This document shows positions 25,381 to 39,134 of a DNA stretch of 60,018 nucleotides, piece after piece (position 1 is the stretch's first letter; every line of letters starts with the position of its first letter). The stretch is taken from assembly GCF_001194135.2 (NCBI RefSeq), contig NC_068988.1:51548065-51608082 (forward strand), read 5' to 3'. This DNA comes from Octopus bimaculoides (Eukaryota). Under the pieces are notes generated by a model. That model was not told the DNA's origin and made no database searches. It was given only the letters and a program-made list of their open reading frames with translations. A program made the translations under genes and the position numbers.

Positions 25381-25588
25381 GTTTCAAATTTTACCACAAA
25401 GGCAGCAATTTTGGGGAAGGGGATGAGTCAATTACATCTACCCCAGTGTTCAACTGGTACTTATTTTATAGACCTCGAAAGGATGAAAGTAAAGTCAACC
25501 TTGACAGAACTTGAACTCAGAATGTAATGACAGGCGAAACACCACTATGCATTTCATACAGCACACTAACAATTCTGCCAGCTTGCTG
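25381..25588 (-). mobile_element. SINE family 2
   Basis: Reverse complement of the family 2 body (ACTGGTACTTATTTTAT; GGATGAAAGTAAAGTCAACC; GAACTCAGAATG). Confidence 0.75.
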
Positions 25589-25595
25589 CAATAAT

Positions 25596-25760
25596 AATGA
25601 TGATGACAATGACGACGATAACGATGACGGCGGCGGCGGCGGTGGTAGTGGTAGTGGTGGTGATGATGGTGATGATGGTGGTAGTGGTGGCGGTAGGTGG
25701 TGGTGGTGATGATGGTGATGATGGTGGTGGTGGTGGCGGTAGGTGGTGGTGGTGGTGGTG
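25596..25760 (+). repeat. mixed GAT/GAC/GGC/GGT trinucleotide repeat
   Basis: Read directly from the sequence. Confidence 0.9.
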
Positions 25761-25771
25761 GTAATCCTAGA

Positions 25772-26460
25772 TCACGCGGGACACCCCTCAAAGCCTCCAA
25801 CTTCCACAATTGCCCTTTTAAGTGCAAACCACCAGTTGTTGTTGACAATTGCACCCATCAATGCCTGCTTAACTAATTTGCTAATCTGGTCTCTGTAAGC
25901 TTGATACGCCGTTAACAACGTGCTCAGCTTCCAGTAACTGGGACCCTGTCTATGAAGCCTATCTAAGTCGACCGTACAGATCACAAATTTATGGTCTGTG
26001 AAGCCAACCATGTGAAATTGTGGACGCCCTATGCTATCCTTGTCCGCTGACCGACAAAATACCTTATCTAGATACAATCTAGATGACCCAACACAGTTTG
26101 TCCAAGTCCACATTGGCACATTCAGGTAATCTAGTCGGTACCTGTCACACAACTGAAAACGTGTGAGCAGGTTTTTGAGGATTTTGTACACCCACTCTCC
26201 TGTCAGATACACAATCAAAACGTCTCTCTAAGACAGTGTTCCAATCCCCTACTAATACTAAAGTCCAAAATGTTCCCAGGAAAACCTCCAGATGCTTGAA
26301 GTAATCGACCTCCCTGCCCTTGTCAGAGCATAGGCAGCCACCAGTTTGAAAGCACTGCTGTCACTGCTGTTCACATCTAGGATCACCAACTTACCTTCTG
26401 GATCAAGGAAGACAGCCTTTATTTTCAAATCCAGACCCTTCCGGAAAAACACCACACTAC
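25772..26460 (-). mobile_element. Tx1/L1-clade LINE apurinic endonuclease fragment
   Basis: GGSVVFFRK...DPEGKLVIL...FKLVAAYA, then L.D.YR...WTW...SRLYLD...TDHKFV...GPSYWKLSTLL. These are typical L1/Tx1 endonuclease motifs; frameshifted. Confidence 0.75.
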
Positions 26461-26469
26461 CACCACCTA

Positions 26470-26481
26470 TTGTTGTTGTTG

Positions 26482-26539
<58 letters not shown>

Positions 26540-26548
26540 CATTATTAT
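26470..26548 (+). repeat. (TTG)n-(TTA)n microsatellite
   Basis: Read directly from the sequence. Confidence 0.95.
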
Positions 26549-27439
26549 TTAGGAACTAAACATTTCCTACACATAGTAATTTTGTATTTGAATAGTTATA
26601 AGATGGCCGAAGACATTGTTTGAGAGAATATGTTTTCTATACAGATATTATGGCAACTAACTTCTGATATAGTTAACAATGTGTTTCCTACAATGACACT
26701 CACAGCTCATTTAATTATCTAAATACTGATTACAAATGTACATATGTTTAACTGCCCATGTATGAACTGTATATAGCTATATGCATATAAGGATGTATAT
26801 TTTATATTATTTATTCAATGAAAGAGGAACATTAATTTTATTTAAACTTTTCCCTCACCCTACCCCAACAAACCAATTTACATCTCTTTTTCACATTTCT
26901 TCCTTCATTCACTATGCCTAGCTCTCAATCCCCAATCCTGTCCTCACACCCCTGCTCCTCTGTATCATTGCTATCTAGTAGTTCCTCCAACTCTATATAT
27001 ACTCAGGTCTTTCACCACTTACTCACACTCTTTAATCACACTCCCTTTGCAATATCCTCTCACTTATATTATGGTGTTTCAAACCTCAAGGGTATGCCCT
27101 GGCACTTGCCACCATCTATATCTCTCTACCTTTACTCAACCGTCTCACTTATACTCTGATCCCCATTCCTTGTGAGCATGCTCGGCATTTTGCCACCATC
27201 TCCATCCTGCAGTCTTCCACTCTGTCTCTCTCTCTCCCTCTCTCCTTCTCCTGCACTTCCCTCAGGCTGGGCAACCATGTATTTTCTTTGCAGCAGCACA
27301 CCCGTTTCTGTCTTCATTCCTGATCTCTCTCTCTCCAGCCAGGCAACTTTGTACTTCCTCTTCAGTAAGACACCTATATCTGTCTCACTATAACCTTTTC
27401 ATCATCACCTCCTCCAATGCCTCCTTAAAACACCCAGTC

Positions 27440-27752
27440 CACACTATAAAGTGGTTGGTGTTCGGAAGGGCATTCAGCTGTAAAAACCTTGCCAAAATCG
27501 ACCTTACCTGCGCTTGTGCCACATAAAAAGCACTACTCACCTCACCTGTGCTTGCACCACATAAAAAGCACTAAGTCCACTCTGCTGAGTGGTTGGTGTT
27601 AGGAAGGGCATCCAGCAGTAAAAATCCTGTTGAAACAGTCACAGAAGTCCAGTGCAGGCTTCGGCCTGGCTGGCTCTTGTGGTACCATCCCACCCATGCT
27701 AGCATGGAACATGGATGTTAAATGACGACGACGACAACGATGACGATGATGA
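27440..27752 (+). mobile_element. family 3 repeat with internal duplication
   Basis: The core GTGGTTGGTGTT.GGAAGGGCAT occurs twice (about 27450 and 27590); GAC/GAT tail. Confidence 0.7.
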
Positions 27753-29105
27753 ATCCGTTTCGATACAGTTTGTCACAATTAACTTAATATTTATCACTTG
27801 TGGATTTTCCACAGGTACACACTAGTATGTAATTGGTAATAGTGAGCATTTTAATCTGCTTTCCTTGGCAGGATTTTTTCTTTTCCTGAAATCCTTCTTG
27901 TAAATCAAAATATCTGTAATTGATATATATTAATATCAGTTATGTAGTTAATAAAAATGATCAGGGATATATTTTATACATTACCAAGAAGTTAATCCTT
28001 CTATCAAAACACAGCATTCTTCAGCATAAAACTTTAAAAACAATATACCTTCAAGATTCTATAGATTCCACAAATAGCACCAATGTCTCATAAGTAGAGC
28101 TAACAAGGGAATGTCTATGCAGTCACTGATCCTGCTTTAAATAGAAACCAAATCAAAGCAAAAATCACAACTTGCCATCTTAAAATGAAAAAAGAAAGGA
28201 AAAATATATTGGAGATGCTGTCCTGGATGTATAAAAAATATACAATGCTGTCATAGGTTGAGTGAATCTATGATGTAAGATGTGTATCATCTCATTTTGA
28301 GGGTCTAATGTTCTTAAATCTGATCTATATAACTTAATTCAAAATTACCTTTGGTCTATTAACTTCTACTATGAATCCCTTTCAACATCAAATCTTTCAA
28401 AACTTTTATAGTTCCTTTACTTTCACCCGTTGTATATCATCCATTCCTTCTATTCACATTACAAGTTTATATCACTGAATTCTCTCTTGCCCACATTGAC
28501 CAATTTCTTTGTTGTTTAGTCACAACTGCAACTCCTAATTTTTTTCTTAGTTTATTTGATAATCTAACAAACTGTACAAATCAAACATCTTTTGATCTGC
28601 ATTCATGACCCTATACTTCACCATCTGCAACATGAAACAAATTAAACACATCACATACACACCTCTGCATTCACTGCTAATATTTGCTGTGATACAGCAC
28701 TTAATAACCAATACACACACACACCTCATCATAACTGCTCTATATATCTCACATAGTTTCTAAATTAGCCCCCTACATTTACTGACCATGTTTCCCTGCC
28801 ATCACACAGTCACGTTTTACACATATTTTTCTTCGTCCAGTTTACTAAAAGAATTATTTCTCTCATTCCATCCCTATTTATCAATAACATCATCAATATG
28901 CTTATCCTGACATTGAACCTAAACTGAAAAGACCGGAAGCAAAAAAAATGGCAATAAAATGTGTTCTTTAATTGCATAGAACTAGGTAGAGTCAAGACAA
29001 GTCTTGACATGACTGATCAGACCAAGTACTTTACAAACACCATTAAGTTAATCCACTATAATGGAACAAATAAGTTAACAATTGCACAGAACCAAAGATC
29101 CTTAT

Positions 29106-29164
<59 letters not shown>

Positions 29165-29770
29165 CACACTCCCAATATGTGCTTGGTGCTAGAGAATAGA
29201 AAGCATAAGAGATTGCTCATAGCATGGTTTAAAATAGAAACTGGAACTATTTTTGGAATTATATCAATGTGCTAATTAATTTTAACAACAAAACAAATTG
29301 AAACATTATGATTAGATTTATCTAATTCCATAAGAGTTCAAACAGTGGAATAAGTTATGTCTTTAGAAAGAAGAGAAATTTAGCATCTAGGACAGGAACT
29401 CTTGTTAGAAAGAGAGAAGGAAAGTTTCATGCAGGTTATGGTTGTATATTGATTGTTATTACAGTAAGTGTTGGTCGTTGCACTGGATGTCAGCTGTTAC
29501 GGTCAGTGTTATGAATATCAGTGTTATATATCAATGCATAGCATCAAGTTGGATTTTTTTATCTTTTAGTTTTTACTTGTTTCGGTCATTAGACTGCGAC
29601 CATGCTGGGGCATCACCTTGAAGAGTAGTCAAGTAAATCAACCTCAGTTTTTATTTTTTTTTAAAACCTCATACTTATTTTCTCAGTATCTTTTGCTGGA
29701 CTTCTTAGTAACAGGAATATAAACACACCAACATTAGTTGTCAAGGTGTGGCCATATATATATATATATG

Positions 29771-29817
<47 letters not shown>

Positions 29818-30190
29818 TCCAGGGATCAAGGCGTAGGAAGGAAGTTAGCTTCGGTAATCCGTAGTAAATATTGGTTGTCAAACTGTGGCCATATATATAT
29901 ATATATATNNNNNNNNNNNNNNNNNNNNNNNNNNNNNNNNNNNNNNNNNNNNNNNNNNNNNNNNNNNNNNNNNNNNNNNNNNNNNNNNNNNNNNNNNNNN
30001 NNNNNNNNNNNNNNNNNNNNNNNNNNNNNNNNNNNNNNNNNNNNNNNNNNNNNNNNNNNNNNNNNNNNNNNNNNNNNNNNNNNNNNNNNNNNNNNNNNNN
30101 NNNNNNNNNNNNNNNNNNNNNNNNNNNNNNNNNNNNNNNNNNNNNNNNNNNNNNNNNNNNNNNNNNNNNNNNNNNNNNNNNNNNNNNNNN

Positions 30191-30231
<41 letters not shown>

Positions 30232-30596
30232 TAGATAGATAGATAGATAGATAGAGATATATAAATACGTGTCCACAGCTAGCCACCTACACTTTTCTCT
30301 GCAAAATAGGGGTAGTTTATCCTGTTCAGGCTATATTATTAGCATTATTCTGCGATTGAGAATTTAAAATCACTTCTTTAACTTTCTAAGACATCTCAAC
30401 GCTTCTAAAAGCAAACTTTGTTTGTTTATTTACGTTTGTCGTAATTTGAATTTATATATTTATATTTATATATATACACATATTATATATTATTCATATA
30501 TACATATATATGTATATGTATGCATATCTGTGAGTGTGTAAGATCCAGGGATCAAGGTGTAGGAAGGAAGTTAGCTTCAGTAATCCGTAGTAAATA

Positions 30597-30965
30597 TAAG
30601 AAACAACTTTCAAGGACAATATTGCCAACAGAGGTAAAAGCTCTCTGAATTTTCTCCATTCTATTCTTACTCAAGCAATTACACATCTGTGCATCCTCTC
30701 CATAGCTTATTAGGTCCCTTGGGTAACAGAAAATATCCACTATCTCTAAAGAGCCTCTGGGGCATTTGAGAAAATCGATTGTCCAAGTATTTTTAGTTTT
30801 TATAGCTCCTGTGCATCGTCCACATACAAACACTGCCTCTTCTGATGACCCTCCTATTATTCCACTGCATGTCTTGTGTACCCATAGCCTGCACTGGTTA
30901 CACTGCATGGAATTCCTGCCTATACCTTTTCTACAAATCAAGCAGGGTCATTTATCTGATGGAGG
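30597..30965 (-). mobile_element. RTE-clade LINE ORF2 fragment containing a C4HC3 (PHD-like) finger
   Basis: PCLICRKGIGRNSMQCNQCRLWVHKTCSGIIGGSSEEAVFVCGRC...LEIVDIFCY; homologous to the plus-strand RTE fragment at 39135-40260. Confidence 0.7.
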
Positions 30966-31263
30966 AAGAGTCCTATGCACATGTGTATGTAGGTATGTGC
31001 GTGTGTGTGTGTTTATGTATTACTGTCTCCTTGCCTTGACTTCATATGGAACTTATAAACGAGTGTCACTGACATGCATGTGGTATCCTTTGTTCCCATC
31101 TTCTGTGAAAACATGTCTGGTCATGGGGAAATATTACCTCACTCACAAAAAAGGTGAGTGTCGGCAACTGGAAGGGCATCCTACCACAAAAAATTCACCT
31201 CATCAAATTCCATCTGACCCATGCAAACATGGGAAAGTGGACATTAAAACAATGACGATGACA

Positions 31264-31305
<42 letters not shown>

Positions 31306-31868
31306 GTGATGATGACGATGATGATGATGATGATGCTGATATCCAATATTTTCTGATGAATCAAATAATTTTGTTGTTGCCATTGATGTAGACATTTAGC
31401 CCCAAGTCAGAAATATATCACCAAACTCTAAACTTGTGATCCTCCCATCTTTTTATATCATCAAAGATTTTATTGTCCGATATATCCTTTAAGATGGTAG
31501 GTTATGGTTTAAGAGATTTTGTTGCTATCTCTTGCAGGTTGAGATAACAACAAAAGAGGTTTCATTGTTAGCTACAAATAGAGTATTGAATTTCAATGGT
31601 GACATTGATTTTTTTTACAAAAATGACAATTACAAGCCTTGAGAATGATATACTTTAAACAAAGAAGTGTTATCAAAGAAAAACAAAGCTGTGAACTGGG
31701 AAATTGAGAACAGCAGTACACAATATAAAAATTTACTGAAATTATTGATCAGAGGAAATGAACTAATTTCATGTACTTTGTTATGTAGGCCAGGCCATGA
31801 TTGGCTGTAATGTGAAGGGAGGCTATAGCTATCCAACTTCCAGTCAAACAGCAACTCAGTTTATTTAA

Positions 31869-32090
31869 TCCTTTAGAATTCAGATCACTCTGTCAAATGT
31901 AATACCTATTTAGTTACATTGTTTTGAATTAATTATGCATTACCTTCTGATTTCAAGATTTTGATAATTTGATTTTTTTTATCTTAAGAATGACATTGTA
32001 GCATAGGTGCGAGAGGCCAGATTTGGCTGGTTTAAACATAGAACATGTAGAATATTCAGACCAAATATGGCTGATTTAAACGCTAAAGGG
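31869..32090. mobile_element. piggyBac-like MITE flanked by TTAA
   Basis: TTAA-TCCTTTAG...GCTAAAGGG-TTAA; a related copy lies at 36349-36554. Confidence 0.65.
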
Positions 32091-32194
32091 TTAAATTTAG
32101 AATGATTTTATTTACTCCATGTATCCAGACTTTGTGGACACCCTGTACAATAGGCACAAGGCCTGTTGTAGCTCACTTACCTTTTTGAAGACTT

Positions 32195-32582
32195 ATTGGG
32201 GCAAGCGAAAGCGAAATCGGGATGGCACCTGTGCCCAGCGTCGCCTTTCTGGCACTTGTGCCCGTGGCATGTGTAAGGATTTTCAAGCGAGATTGTTGCC
32301 AGTGCCCCTGGACTGGCTCTTGTGCGGGTGGCACATAAAATACACCATTTTGAGCGTGGCCGTTGCCAGTACCGCCTGACTGGCCTTCGTTCGGGCGACA
32401 CGTAAAAGCACCCACTACACTCTCTGAGTGGTTGGCGTTAGGAAGGGCATCCAGCTGTAGAAACTCTGCCAAATCAGATTGGAGCCTGGTGTAGCCATCT
32501 GGTCCACCAGTCCTCAGTCAAATCGTCCAACCCATGCTAGTATGGAAAGCGGACGTTAAACGACGATGATGATGATGATGAT
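32195..32582 (+). mobile_element. family 3 repeat (RTE-associated SINE or 3' UTR) with (GAT)n tail
   Basis: GGTTGGCGTTAGGAAGGGCATCCAGC...CCATGCTAGTATGGAAAGCGGACGTTAAACGA(TGA)n; CpG-rich young copy. Confidence 0.8.
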
Positions 32583-33342
32583 TTTCAGTTGTTTTCTTTT
32601 CACTTCTGTAGATAAGTTTTGTTAATTTCCAAATTTGTATGTAGAGGACTCTAAACATCATCATCATCATCATCATCATCACCATCATCAACTACAGCAA
32701 CATTTAACATCAATTATCCATTATATTGTTGGTTAGACAGCTTGACAGGAACTAACAAGCCTAAGGACTGGACCATTTTCCATAGTCTGTTTTAGCTTTA
32801 TCTCTGTAGCTGGATGTCCTGGATAATAATTTCTCAAGCACTTGAAACTCTGAACAATTCCTAGTATTGACAATGGTGGGATTCAAGATCAGAACATAAA
32901 ATAGGGTAACAAATACTATGTGACATTTTTATTGTAATCTGTCAATGCACTTCAGTGATTACTAAGACCAAAAGTGTCAAGTCCACACTGAGGATAGATT
33001 ACGTATGCTATCTAGAATCTACCTACCCAGGTAGATAGCATACAACTCAGAATTTCTCAACAATATTTGTAGTCACATATTATGTCTGCACTATTTTATT
33101 CTCTATTATTGTACAATTTTCAAATATCATTCTCATAGTTACAGGTTATTGTTTGTCTTGCAGGTTACTTGGTGACATCATTAGTGCTAATGTCAGGAAA
33201 AAACAGCCAGTACACACTGTATAGTGTTTGGCATTAGAGAGGGCCATAAAAACTCAGCTAAAGTTGACATTGGTGCTCAACACAGTCCCGTGGCTTGTCA
33301 GATCCTATCAAACCATCCAATAATCTAATCCATACCTGCATA

Positions 33343-33734
33343 GTTGTTGATTGTTGTTGGCACTCCATTGCTTACGACGTCGAGGGTTCCAGTTGATACA
33401 ATCAACGGAACAGCCTGCTCGTGAAATTAACGTGCAAGTGGCTGAGCACTCCACAGACATGTGTACCCTTAATGTAGTTCTCGGGGATATTCAGCGTGAC
33501 ACAGTGTGACGAGGCTGACCCTTTGAATTACAGGCACAACAGAAACAGGAAGTAAGAGTGAGAGAAAGTTGTGGTGAAAGAGTAGAGCAGGGTTCACCAC
33601 CATCTCCTGCCGGAGCCTCGTGGAGCTTTAGGTGTTTTCACTCAATAAACACTCACAATGCCCGGTCTGGGAATCGAAACCTCAATCCTATGATAGCAAG
33701 TCCGCTGCCCTAACCACTGGGCCATTGCGCCTCC
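33343..33734 (-). mobile_element. tRNA-derived SINE family 4, near full length
   Basis: Head GGAGGCGCAATGGCCCAGTGGTTAGGGCAGCGGAC...GGTTTCGATTCCC (A and B boxes); 3' domain CAGCCACTTGCACGTTAATTTCACGAGCAGGCTGTT; (CAA)-like tail. Confidence 0.85.
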
Positions 33735-33769
33735 ACACAGCTGCATAGTAAATGGATGCTATAAGATGA

Positions 33770-34100
33770 TGATGATGATTACACACACACACATCATCAT
33801 CATTATCATCATAATTATTTAACATCTGTTGTCCATGCTGGCATGGGTTGGAAGGTTTGACCAGGGCTGGTAAGCTGGAAGGCTGCACCAGACTCCAGTC
33901 TGACTTGGCATGGTTTTCTACAGCTGGATGCTCTTCCTAACACTAACCACTCCGAGATGTGATGTGTGCTTTTACATGTCAGTGGCACGTGTGCCACTTG
34001 CATGACACCGGTATCTGCCATGACTGTGATTTTTTTGTTTGGTTTGATGGGTCTTCTCAAGCATGACATAATGCCAAAGATCTCAGTCATCGCCTCTATG
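33770..34100 (-). mobile_element. family 3 repeat
   Basis: (CAT)n-TTAACATCTGTTGTCCATGCTGGCATGGGTTGG...CAGCTGGATGCTCTTCCTAAC. Confidence 0.75.
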
Positions 34101-36348
34101 AGGCCCAACACTCGAAAGAAATTCAGCCAAATATATATATGTGTGTGTGTGTGTTAGAAACACACACGAGTTGATGTAATGAATATTTTAGAAATAGATG
34201 CTAAATACTGTCTCCAACTGATGATTGCAAAGCATGTTTTCTCACGCACAGCATGAAATCAATTGATATTGGGGCATGTAAACTACCTTCAAATTCCATC
34301 CTGAAGGTAGGCCTATTTTCTAAAAANNNNNNNNNNNNNNNNNNNNNNNNNNNNNNNNNNNNNNNNNNNNNNNNNNNNNNNNNNNNNNNNNNNNNNNNNN
34401 NNNNNNNNNNNNNNNNNNNNNNNNNNNNNNNNNNNNNNNNNNNNNNNNNNNNNNNNNNNNNNNNNNNNNNNNNNNNNNNNNNNNNNNNNNNNNNNNNNNN
34501 NNNNNNNNNNNNNNNNNNNNNNNNNNNNNNNNNNNNNNNNNNNNNNNNATGAAGTAAACAAAGGAATGAAGATAATCCTTGTGAGTGAATATGATAGACA
34601 GAAACTGAAAGAAACCTGTTATAGCTGTGTGTGTGTGTGTGTGTTTGTGTCTGTGATTGTCCCCCACCACCACTTGCCCCCATAACTTAGCAGTTTGGCA
34701 AAAGAGACTTATAGAAAAGTATCAGGCTTTACAAAACACAATAAGTACTAGGGTCAATAAGTTCAACTAAAATCCTCAAGGTGGTACCCCAGCATGGCCA
34801 CAGTCTAATGACTGAAACATGTAAAAGATAACAGATAAGGAGTTGAAGTGTTTAATGATTTCTCATTTAGGTAGTGGGCCACAAATTTCAAGGAAGGGCC
34901 ACAATGCTTCAACTGGTACTTAAATTTTTCATGTCCTCACTCTGGGTGGATGGGAGACTTATGGTAAGAACATAAATGGGTGAAGAGATGTGTTATTAAG
35001 ATAACTTGTGTTAGCTTGCATTGTTGAGCTCATGTCATCATGTGGGTGTGAAAGGAGAAGCTAATAACCATTTTAATGGTACTGAACATCAAATCTGAGT
35101 CTTGGTAGACTTTGCCATTGAATTTGAACTGTTGTGGCAACATCAGATACATTTCTTCACATGCTTGTATCTACTCATCACCAAGTTTTAGCTGTAAAAC
35201 CACCCAACTTTTATAAGATTTTACTTGAACTGCTAGAAATAGCAGCCAAGTCTCCCTTAAATTACACCATCTCTTCTAAAGAGAAAAAGAAGTACACACA
35301 ATATAATGTAGTCCCTAACATAGAAAATGATCCTAAGCATGTTTCATCGAAGATGACCTGATGCTGAACCACGATTCAGAGGACAATAACTTTGATTCAG
35401 CCTCTTGAAGGGATTAAAACATTTACATCCTATTACTATAGTACAGTAGTATACTCCACTTCTAACCTAAGAGATAAGTTTACAAGTCAAAGAGGAAGCC
35501 TGTATGCTGTTATTTGGCCTGCTAGAAATATCATCCAAATCTCCCACATATCACAGCCTACCATCTTAAAAAAGGAAGAATATACTGGATAATGCCCACA
35601 TCAAAGACACGAACATCATATTGTCCCATTCTCTTTCAGACTTGTGGTCAGGGCATTCCAACAATGACCATTCCATCATTTTAAGGATTCGTGAACTACA
35701 CTATCCTGATTGAATAGACATCTGATACAAGAAGTGTTCTAGCTATGACCACTCATCTTTTTTTAAGTCTAAATATATCTAGTTCTATATTATCCAATGT
35801 GACTTTACCTCTTTTAAGATGATAGTAATGTGAGTCATCTGGAATGATAAGAAATGGTTGAGAATTGAAACAGTACCATGGAGGAATTATTTATCAGGAA
35901 TTTACTTATTTCTGCAGCCTTCAACAAAGATTTCATAAATTATTCTATATTTCATGTAATACTTTCTTGCATTGGCATCATCATCATCATCATCATCATT
36001 CAATGTCTGTTTTCCATGCTGGCATGGGTTGGATGGCTTGACAGGCCTAGGGCCTAGGGCAGCACCAAGTTTCATAGTATGTTCTCACTTTTTTTCTTAA
36101 CACCAATTACTCCACAAAGTGTACTTGATGATTTTTACATGGCACCATCACCAGTGCCTTTTATATGACCCCAGCACCCACACCAATACTTGAGGCTGAA
36201 AATTTGTAGAGGAAGTGGAGCATAATTGACAAGGATTTGAACCTGGTATGTACACTGAATCCATTGAGATTTGAACTTAGAATGTAAAGAGCATAACTAA
36301 ACACAAGTTATTTAACTATGTGGACTCTCACAACTAATGTATATTTAA

Positions 36349-36554
36349 ACTTTTAGTATTCAGATAACTCTATCAAATGAAAAGCTCATTTATCCACATT
36401 GTTTTGAACTAATTATGCATTATGCTATGGCTTAATGATTTCAAAGACTTCAATGATGTGATTGTCTATTTTTAGAATCACATTGTCAGGTAGTTGTGAG
36501 AGGCCCACTCTGGCCAGTTTGAATATAAAACAGGCTGAATTAAGTGCTAAAGGG
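36349..36554. mobile_element. piggyBac-like MITE, same family as 31869-32090
   Basis: Shared interior (ACATTGTTTTGAAYTAATTATGCATTA; GAGAGGCC) and right end GCTAAAGGGTTAA. Confidence 0.6.
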
Positions 36555-36588
36555 TTAAGTATTCCAACAGATGGTGAATAGATTACAA

Positions 36589-36687
36589 TGAGAGAGAGAG
36601 AGAGAGAGAAAGACAGACAGACAGACAGACAGACAGACGGACGGACGGACGGACGGACGGACGGACGGACGGACGGACGGACGGACG

Positions 36688-36718
<31 letters not shown>

Positions 36719-36719
36719 A
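36589..36719 (+). repeat. compound microsatellite (GA)n-(GACA)n-(GACG)n-(GACA)n
   Basis: Read directly from the sequence. Confidence 0.95.
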
Positions 36720-37226
36720 ATTAGTCTTGATAAGGAGTGTTCATATTACATTCCTGTTTCCACCAATCCTTTCATAACCATTCAATGGACTTGATAAGAA
36801 TTTTTGTCCACAGCCTTAAGCAAAGATTATCAATGTATCAATGGTTAGAAATGAAGCATTGAACCATACAGCGTGACCTAATAAATTATCATCATCACCA
36901 GTATTTTAAATTTTTAAGGGCATTTTCCCTGCTAGAGCAAATTTAGCTTTGTGAACCCCATGGCAATCTTAATCTAACCTTATTCTTCACATATTCTGTC
37001 ATTTCATTTCTTTCTTCGTTATCTTTAGCCAAACCTTTCTCAGTTTTCCTCTTCCTTTACTTCCTTCCACATTCATTTGCATCACTCCTTTCACCCGGTC
37101 ACATCCATCCTCAGCATATGACTGCACTATTTCATCTCATTTCTCTTCCTAGCATCCATCACTGATCCAGTTCCTCATCATTATCTGCAATTCATCTTTT
37201 CTTTAATACTATTTAAACACTTTTTT

Positions 37227-37445
37227 AAGGCAGCGAGCTGGCAGAAATGTTAGCATGCCAGCCAAAATGCTTAGCGGTATTTCATCTGTCTTTACATTCT
37301 GAGTTCAAGTTCCACCGAGGTCAACTTTGCTTTTCATCCTTTCGGGGGCCGATAAATTAAGTACCAGTTGCATCCTGGGTTGATCTAATTGACTGGTCCC
37401 CTCCCCCAAAATGTCATGCCTTGTGCCTAGAGTAGAAAAGATTAT
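37227..37445 (+). mobile_element. SINE family 2
   Basis: GGCAGCGAGCTGGCAGAAATGTTAGC...GAGTTCAAGTTCC...CCTTGTGCCTAGAGTAGAAAAG. Confidence 0.8.
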
Positions 37446-39134
37446 CTGCAATTCATTGTTTTCCTTTCCTCCTCCTCCTCTCTCTCTCTATTCTCATTCA
37501 TCTAGTAAACAAATATGTAAACCAGTCATAGCTCTAGAGAAAATTGAACAAAACATAGTTGTTGTTCACAATTCTGTGGTGTATCAGATGGTTAAAGGGC
37601 TGTCAGTTCTCATCCTATCACAAGCCCTGACTTGTTGATGACCAATGCTTAACTCTTGTATTGACCAGTCCACCATGTTCTATTCTAAACATCTCAAGTA
37701 TTGTACAACTGAGAAGTGTTCTGTTAGCTTTTTACCACCACCACCAAAAAAAAAAAAAAAAAAAAGAGGAAATATCAAAAGACCCTTATGTTGTGTATTT
37801 GTGTGTAATATCTGTAGGAGCATATAGCAGAGAGATTATTCATGACTGAACTGTTGATTGGGTGATGAGTATACAGGATCAGTTCAGAGACTCTTTCTGA
37901 TGAATCCTGTTTTAAACAATTACTACCACGCCTTTCATGGTGCCAAAGTATCAGAAACTTAATATCAAACACTTAAATATACTCTAGTTACATCATCAAT
38001 TGTCTTTGAATAACTGCCACTTAGCATTCCTATAGATATCATATAAACTTGAGTATATGTCAGAAAATTCCAGATTTACCAGAATTAGTTACTTTTAGTT
38101 CTAATTGTTTAAAAAACACTCATAAAAATAAAAATAGAAAAACGTCATGCTATATTTAAAGTATATATATATTGTTGTGTAGCACCATGTCAGCTTTGCT
38201 CAAGCAGACCAATAATCAAAGGTACATCCGTCCTTTTTATTCCTAAGGTTTAGATTGTCCCATGTGTTCTATTTTTCTGATGATACAGTTTGATTTAAGG
38301 GCAATTTGGCTGTTTTATCTAACAAGTTGACTAACTGACAGGTACACTTGCTGCTAACAACTCTTGTACTTTGACTGTATACGAAGATGAAGACTAACTT
38401 CCCTGTCAGCCTGACTGTGATTCCATTATGCTTCTTGTTCATCTATAATTGGTAATAGGTACATTATACAAACTTTCTGCCAACTCTTTTTCTACATATG
38501 GCCACCTCCAAAATGGCAGGTCTTAATGAGAAACTGAATGGAAAGAGAAACAGAGAGTATGAGGTCAAACTGACAATATTTCTGTACCCCACACTAACAC
38601 AATTATTCTACAACTGCCCCATTACAATTATCAATCTTTCATCATTGCTTTTATTGAACCCTCTCTGTTTTATCCCTGGGATACCTCAGACTCAAGATTT
38701 TTGTCTTCATGCATTATTCTGGAACAGTTTTAGAAAAGTTTAGTTGAGAAAAAGTGAACAATAATACTTATGGATATAGGTTACCTAACTCTCTTTCCTA
38801 CATACATACATTCACATACATGCATGTATCATAGATATTTGAAAAGGGAAACTGAAAGTAGCCTGTCATCTATGTGTGTGTGTGTGTGTGTATTTGTAAC
38901 CTTGTCTTGATGTCATGTGATTATTGTAAATGAGTATCACCATCAAACAAGTGATAGTGTGCATCTCCAATCCCCCATGGAAAAATAATACCTTGCTTGG
39001 GAACATATGTGGATTGGCAATGGGAAAGACATCCAGTCATAGAAAAATTTATCTCAAGAAATTTAATCTGACCTCTCTGTAAGCATGGAAAAGAGGACAT
39101 TAGATATTGATGATATTACATATATCTACATATA

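Noticed and set aside
33660-33734. Functional tRNA gene
   Set aside because: A and B boxes are present but there is no complete cloverleaf or acceptor stem, and it continues into a SINE body.
35340-35395. Hairpin cluster with CTGATG and GAAAC words
   Set aside because: Core elements are not in hammerhead order on either strand.
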